Positions 55,633-60,285 of a stretch of 60,285 nt of DNA are shown one piece after another. The position numbers and the translations under genes were made by a program. The stretch's first letter is position 1; each line of letters begins with the position of its first letter. Source of the DNA: a virus. Its lineage: Duplodnaviria; Caudoviricetes. Where the stretch lies: IMG/VR virus record IMGVR_UViG_3300033049_000023, positions 1 through 60,285 of that record; one strand, written 5' to 3'. The notes below the pieces were generated by a model. That model searched no databases, was not told the origin of the DNA, and worked only from the letters and a program-made list of their open reading frames with translations.

Positions 55633-55966
55633 GTGCGACCCACTGTGCGACCCGCGTGCGACCCGCGTGCGACCCACTTGGGCAAGCCCCCGAAACCGAT
55701 GTAAGTTCTTTCGCGGCCACGACCTGAGAGGCGTTGGTGTATAGTTGTGCGACCCGTGCGACCCACTTTTAGTAAACACTGAGAGTTAGAAGTAGAATAT
55801 ACGGTGGCCGTAAGGGCCCCCCAGCCACACCCCGAACAAACATAGGTGAGACCTGAGGGTTTGCGAGATGAGCGAAGTGGGTCGCACGGATTTGGGAAAA
55901 CGGTCGTAAGTTGGGCCGAAGGGTGGGGTTTACGGCGATTCCAAGTGGGTCGCACAAGGGTCGCAC
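55633..55966. repeat. GTGCGACCC iteron array, candidate replication origin
   Basis: six forward copies (55633, 55645, 55656, 55667, 55747, 55756) and three inverted copies (55879, 55947, 55958). Confidence 0.8.
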
Positions 55967-56000
55967 GGGTCTACGGATTCTGTTTGGTCTACTATTTGGC

Positions 56001-56402
56001 ATGACCGATGATGAAATCTATGCGATCAATGCCGCCCTCCTCTCCGCGCTGGACCCGGACAACGAAGGGTGGGCGGACTCCGCCGTGGAGGCGTTCGGGG
56101 CGATGCGGACCCTCGGGCTCGGGCTCCGCGCCCTTCACCCGTTGGAGCGTGGTGAGGGCCCTTCTACGGACGGGAACCCGCCGGGGTATCGTGACGCTCA
56201 CCAAGGCCCGGACCGTCCCGGGGATGCCGATACCACACCGCAGGGGGTGGTAATGACATTCGGCAAGCACTCGGGCCGGACCCTCGGTGAGATTCAGGAT
56301 TTGGACCCGCAATATCTGGTGTGGCTCCTCCACAAGCATCGAGAGGGGGGCACCCGCCCCGCCGAGATCGGTCAGGCGGTCCAAGAAATCTTGGGCAGTT
56401 GA
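56001..56402 (+). CDS. protein with DUF3820/ExoX C-terminal-like motif
   Basis: MTFGKHSGRTLGEI...DPQYLVWL. Confidence 0.65.
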   Translation: MTDDEIYAINAALLSALDPDNEGWADSAVEAFGAMRTLGLGLRALHPLERGEGPSTDGNPPGYRDAHQGPDRPGDADTTPQGVVMTFGKHSGRTLGEIQDLDPQYLVWLLHKHREGGTRPAEIGQAVQEILGS

Positions 56403-56473
56403 CCATTATGCCTTGACTCAGGTTGAGGGAATGGTATACTTATGCGTGTATAAATAACCTAAGGGAGTACCGC

Positions 56474-57652
56474 ATGAGCATCGAAACGAATCAGCATCCA
56501 ACCCCGTCCCTCGGGGGAATCACACCATCCGAGGACCAAGCCGATGCGATAGCCCAAATCGTTGAACGCTACTTGGCAGGCCGAGCCCAAACCACCCTCG
56601 GTGGATTGGCGGGCACCGGTAAGACTACGATTCTGGAACTCCTCAAAGCCGCACTCGGATTTGAGCCGCAATATCTGGCACCGACCGGGAAGGCAGCGGA
56701 GGTGATGCGACAAAAGGGATTGGCCAACGCGGAAACGATCCACTCATTCATCTACAACTTCCAAGGTCTCTCGCGTGATGAGAACGACGAAAACCCCAAG
56801 CCGATCTTTGAGGACAAAGGCGATCTTGAACTGGACACCTCATTGATCGTCGTCGATGAAGCGTCGATGGTGAACACCAGTCTTTACACCGATCTCATGG
56901 AGAAGGGGTACCCGGTTCTGTTCGTCGGTGACCACGGCCAACTTGCGCCCGTAGGTGGTGACCCGGGACTTATGGCGAACCCAGATATTTGCCTCGAACG
57001 CATCCACCGCCAAGCCGAGGGGAACCCGATCATCCAACTTGCTCACTCCATCCGAAACGGCGGGCACCCCGCAAACTTCAAGTGCGAGGGGGATGAGGTT
57101 CAGATTATTCGGCGGGGCGGCACGAACAAGATTGTTTCTTACGCGATGAATAACAACATCGATCAAATCATCGTCGGCTTCAACAAACTCCGGTGCAATA
57201 TCAATGCCGCCTACCGGGCCTCACTCGGTCGGTCCGATGAGCAAATCGTGGTGGGTGAAAAACTGATTTGCCTGAAAAATAATCGGGACCGTGGAATCTT
57301 CAACGGGATGATGTTCGAGGTCATGGAGATCGACGGCGGAACAGCGACCACCCTTGACTTGAAGTTGAAAAATCTCAGCACCGGATATATCGCGGACGAA
57401 CCGCACACCATCGCACGCGGTGCGCTTCTCCAAGAGAAATCCTACGATCTCGATCTTGCCAAGCAACGCGGACAGGTCTCAAAGAAAACCAGTAGTTTCG
57501 ATTACTCCTATGCGATCACCGGGCACAAGTCTCAGGGCTCGCAATGGGATTCGGTTCTTGTGATGTGGGATGTGTGCAAGTTTTGGTCGATGGAACTGTG
57601 GGGCTATACGGCGGTCACGCGAGCGGCGGAAAGAGTGGTGGTGGCGGTATGA
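56474..57652 (+). CDS. RecD/Dda-like SF1B helicase
   Basis: GLAGTGKTT, APTGKAA, VDEASM, GDHGQL, HRQA, YAITGHKSQGSQW. Confidence 0.92.
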   Translation: MSIETNQHPTPSLGGITPSEDQADAIAQIVERYLAGRAQTTLGGLAGTGKTTILELLKAALGFEPQYLAPTGKAAEVMRQKGLANAETIHSFIYNFQGLSRDENDENPKPIFEDKGDLELDTSLIVVDEASMVNTSLYTDLMEKGYPVLFVGDHGQLAPVGGDPGLMANPDICLERIHRQAEGNPIIQLAHSIRNGGHPANFKCEGDEVQIIRRGGTNKIVSYAMNNNIDQIIVGFNKLRCNINAAYRASLGRSDEQIVVGEKLICLKNNRDRGIFNGMMFEVMEIDGGTATTLDLKLKNLSTGYIADEPHTIARGALLQEKSYDLDLAKQRGQVSKKTSSFDYSYAITGHKSQGSQWDSVLVMWDVCKFWSMELWGYTAVTRAAERVVVAV

Positions 57653-57972
57653 TCCTCGCAAGAATCAAATCCAAAATCTCGGGCAAATCCATTGTCCGAT
57701 TCTACACACCCACAAAGCACCCGCCGCCCAATGTGCGGACGGTGGTGATGTACTGCGCATGGACCTCGTATTGTCTTGACGACGATAAACATATCATGGC
57801 TCCCCGCATCGGGTTTAGCGGTGTATCGGAAAAGCAAACCCGGATGATTGCCCGGTCATTCTGCCGAGCAAACGGATTCATCTTTGTACAGACCAAACAG
57901 ACAAAGCCGGGTGAGCCAAACATTGGGCGTATCGTCCCGTTCCGAGGCGCAAGAACAATGGGGCAAAGATGA
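57649..57972 (+). CDS. hypothetical protein
   Basis: ATGA overlaps on both sides. Confidence 0.55.
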   Translation: MILARIKSKISGKSIVRFYTPTKHPPPNVRTVVMYCAWTSYCLDDDKHIMAPRIGFSGVSEKQTRMIARSFCRANGFIFVQTKQTKPGEPNIGRIVPFRGARTMGQR

Positions 57973-59873
57973 TTCACGGCAACTATGTAATCTGCGATAC
58001 ACCCGATAAACTTCCAAATCTTTCGGGAGCAATCAAGATTTATTCCGATGTTGAGACTACCGCATTTCGTAGAGATATTTTTGGTAATAAAGCGTACTCA
58101 GGCCATAGGGCTTGCGGGGTAGGTATTACCGTGGATGATTCAACTATCGGTTGGTACCTTCCATTGAGGCATGTAGTTCCTCTGGGTAAGCAAATGGGAA
58201 TGTATAACCCGGTTCCCAAAAATATTGATCTTGAAGTGGCGCGGCGATTCTTCCAAGATTTATTCGGCGATCCGAATCGGAGGTGGATAAATCATAACCT
58301 AAAGTTCGATGCCAGAATGATCGGCGTTGAGGGCGTTGATATTCGGTGCAAGTTCCGGTGTACCCTATCGCTGGCAAAGGTGGTGGATCTCCAAAAGAAA
58401 CTCTCCGGCTATGGGCAAAAGCAACTGATTCGAGAGTGGTGTGGGTGGGACACCGATAAACAGGATGAGGTAAAGGCGGAGTTGAGGCGGCTTGAAACCA
58501 AAGACTACGCGGAGTTGCCGGTTGACCTCTGCGGGGAGTATTGCGTGGAGGACACCTTCCAAGCCCGGGAACTTCATTGTGAGATTCACCGCCGCAAATA
58601 TGAGGGTGCGGATCGGATCTTCCGAATGGAGGATGATCTAGCCGAGGAACTTTACCACTCGGAGAAGGTGGGCGTACTGGTTGATAGGGACGCTATGGAC
58701 GCGGCGGATGAGGCAAAGTCCGAGGAGGCCGAACGGCTGGGGGATGAGATTCGGGCGGCGGGTGTGACCATTGACATCGGCTCACCAAAAGAGGTGGCGA
58801 AGTTGCTTTACGACGACTGGAATCTTCCCGTTGTCAAGCGGACCGATAGCAAAGCACCATCGACCGATGCGGACGCGTTGAAAATGCTCTCGGAACTCCC
58901 AGCGGTTCAGGGCACCGAGCGTGAGCCGTTGTTCAAGAAAATCAGAGCGTGCCGCGAGGCGCACCAGTTTATGTCCTTCTACACAAAGGGGTGGCTGGAA
59001 CATATCGGGCACGATGGGAGATTGCACCCAGAGTTCAATCAGGTGGTGCGCACCGGGCGGATGAGTTGCCGTAATCCAAACGCCCAGCAGTTGAACAAAG
59101 AGGCCAAGCGGCTCATCGTCCCCGAACCCGGCTACGCATTTCTCAGCCGGGACTATTCCCAGATTGAGTATCGTCTGATTGTTTCGCGTGCGAACATCAC
59201 CTCGGCAATCGACCAATACAACTCAGACCCCCGCACCGACTTCCACCAGTTCGTTGCCGACCTTTGCCAAATCAATCGATCACCCGAGGCAAAGGGTGTG
59301 AACTTCGGAATCTCATTCGGCATGGGCGAGGAGGGTTTGCTGAAACAACTCGCCCGCTCGATGCGTGGCGAGGATGCCGCCGAGCGTGCGAAGATGGTTT
59401 ACGACACCTACCAAAGAATGTTCCCCGAGATCAAAAAATGCTCAGACTACGCCAAGAAACTCGCCCGCACCCGGGCGGGGTATGTTGATGGTGAGTATGG
59501 GTATATTGATACCATGTTCGGGCGGCGGCGTGCGCTCCGCTACTGGAAATATCGGGAAGGTCACCAAGGAGATGCCTTCCACGACGAAACCCGCAAGGCG
59601 TTCAACTCCACCATTCAGGGCACGGCGGCGGACATCATCAAGGACCGCTTCATTGCGTGCTGCCGTGATCCGTTCTTGCGGTCGGTGAGTGTGCGCCCGT
59701 TGCTGTTGGTCCACGATGAACTCCTCTTTACGGGCCCTCGGGAAGCGATCCTCTCTCTGGAGGTGGAACGGGCCATTGATAGCATTATGTGCCGTATCGA
59801 GGACTTCACTCTCCCAGTGCCCCTTCTGGTCTCAGGCGGTGCATCGGATGTAAACTGGGCCCTCGCCGGATAG
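57969..59873 (+). CDS. polA: DNA polymerase family A with 3'-5' exonuclease
   Basis: DVETT, HNLKFD, YCVED exo motifs; TGRMS, DYSQIEYR, AKGVNFG, IQGTAAD, VHDEL. Confidence 0.95.
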   Translation: MIHGNYVICDTPDKLPNLSGAIKIYSDVETTAFRRDIFGNKAYSGHRACGVGITVDDSTIGWYLPLRHVVPLGKQMGMYNPVPKNIDLEVARRFFQDLFGDPNRRWINHNLKFDARMIGVEGVDIRCKFRCTLSLAKVVDLQKKLSGYGQKQLIREWCGWDTDKQDEVKAELRRLETKDYAELPVDLCGEYCVEDTFQARELHCEIHRRKYEGADRIFRMEDDLAEELYHSEKVGVLVDRDAMDAADEAKSEEAERLGDEIRAAGVTIDIGSPKEVAKLLYDDWNLPVVKRTDSKAPSTDADALKMLSELPAVQGTEREPLFKKIRACREAHQFMSFYTKGWLEHIGHDGRLHPEFNQVVRTGRMSCRNPNAQQLNKEAKRLIVPEPGYAFLSRDYSQIEYRLIVSRANITSAIDQYNSDPRTDFHQFVADLCQINRSPEAKGVNFGISFGMGEEGLLKQLARSMRGEDAAERAKMVYDTYQRMFPEIKKCSDYAKKLARTRAGYVDGEYGYIDTMFGRRRALRYWKYREGHQGDAFHDETRKAFNSTIQGTAADIIKDRFIACCRDPFLRSVSVRPLLLVHDELLFTGPREAILSLEVERAIDSIMCRIEDFTLPVPLLVSGGASDVNWALAG

Positions 59874-59876
59874 GGG

Positions 59877-59905
59877 TTGACACGGGGCGGTCTATGGGGT
59901 ATGAT
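59877..59905 (+). promoter_or_regulatory. sigma70-type promoter
   Basis: TTGACA-17-TATGAT. Confidence 0.7.
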
Positions 59906-59911
59906 ATATGT

Positions 59912-60277
59912 ATGAGTAAATATACACACAACCTAGCCAATCTCCGCTTCGTGTTCCCTCAGAGTGTCATGGAGGGATACGAGGATGTTTCGGCTGACTT
60001 GCCAAGCGATCCGTACCCGTCCGTAGAATGGACTTACCCAACCACACCTCACGGGATGCTAATGGCCGCACAAATGGCGGCTCATATGTTCTGCACTCTC
60101 TATAGATCAACACACTCATGCGGCGATATACAGGTTTACATTCTCGGGAAGGGCTGGACAGTATTGGGATTGCAAAACACATACTGCCGGGCGTACCTAC
60201 ACTCGGGCGGTGACCATGACACCGAAATGAACACCCTCACAAAATTGATCTTGACCGATCTGGAAAGTATGCTCTAA
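59912..60277 (+). CDS. hypothetical protein (3' part duplicated at 1-231); possibly near-leaderless
   Basis: ATG about 7 nt after the -10 box. Confidence 0.6.
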   Translation: MSKYTHNLANLRFVFPQSVMEGYEDVSADLPSDPYPSVEWTYPTTPHGMLMAAQMAAHMFCTLYRSTHSCGDIQVYILGKGWTVLGLQNTYCRAYLHSGGDHDTEMNTLTKLILTDLESML

Positions 60278-60285
60278 ATGAAATG
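60047..60285. repeat. Terminal direct repeat (copy 2)
   Basis: identical to 1-239. Confidence 0.95.

Noticed and set aside
55633-55966. CRISPR array or mini-array
   Set aside because: Repeats are only 9 bp, with no unique ~30 bp spacers, both orientations present and no cas genes
57969-59873. DpoZ / 2-aminoadenine (Z) genome
   Set aside because: No purZ, datZ or mazZ-like gene recognised

Overview
The window is an apparently complete, circularly assembled ~60.0 kb tailed-phage (siphovirus-like) genome. Bases 1-239 are identical to 60047-60285. Almost all genes are on the + strand, and I saw no integrase or tRNA. Modules: (i) a tightly coupled operon at 1731-7678 encoding a ParB-like protein, cupin, small Zn-finger protein, an adenylate-forming ligase fused to a PKS/NRPS-type methyltransferase, a MaoC-like dehydratase and an IbrA (PAPS-reductase/PP-loop)/IbrB (ParB-like) pair. 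This is the best candidate for an undescribed DNA-modification or biosynthetic system, and its ibrA has an in-frame amber codon at codon 7. (ii) An amidoligase/GGCT/class II glutamine amidotransferase trio and many small early genes behind sigma70-type promoters that share a palindromic operator. (iii) Terminase, an unusual 6 kb fibre/lysis block, DUF4055 portal, Mu-F/SPP1 gp7, a small early-type island, scaffold and P22-coat-like capsid. (iv) A GTA-like tail with a -1 frameshifted chaperone and an inserted Maf/DUF115-like transferase. (v) Replication genes: SSB-like protein, phage CsrA, SNF2 helicase, primase-helicase followed by an iteron array, RecD/Dda helicase and PolA. The phage CsrA co-occurs with GGA-loop hairpins in the capsid leader. 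All family assignments come from motif recognition by eye, with no database searches.
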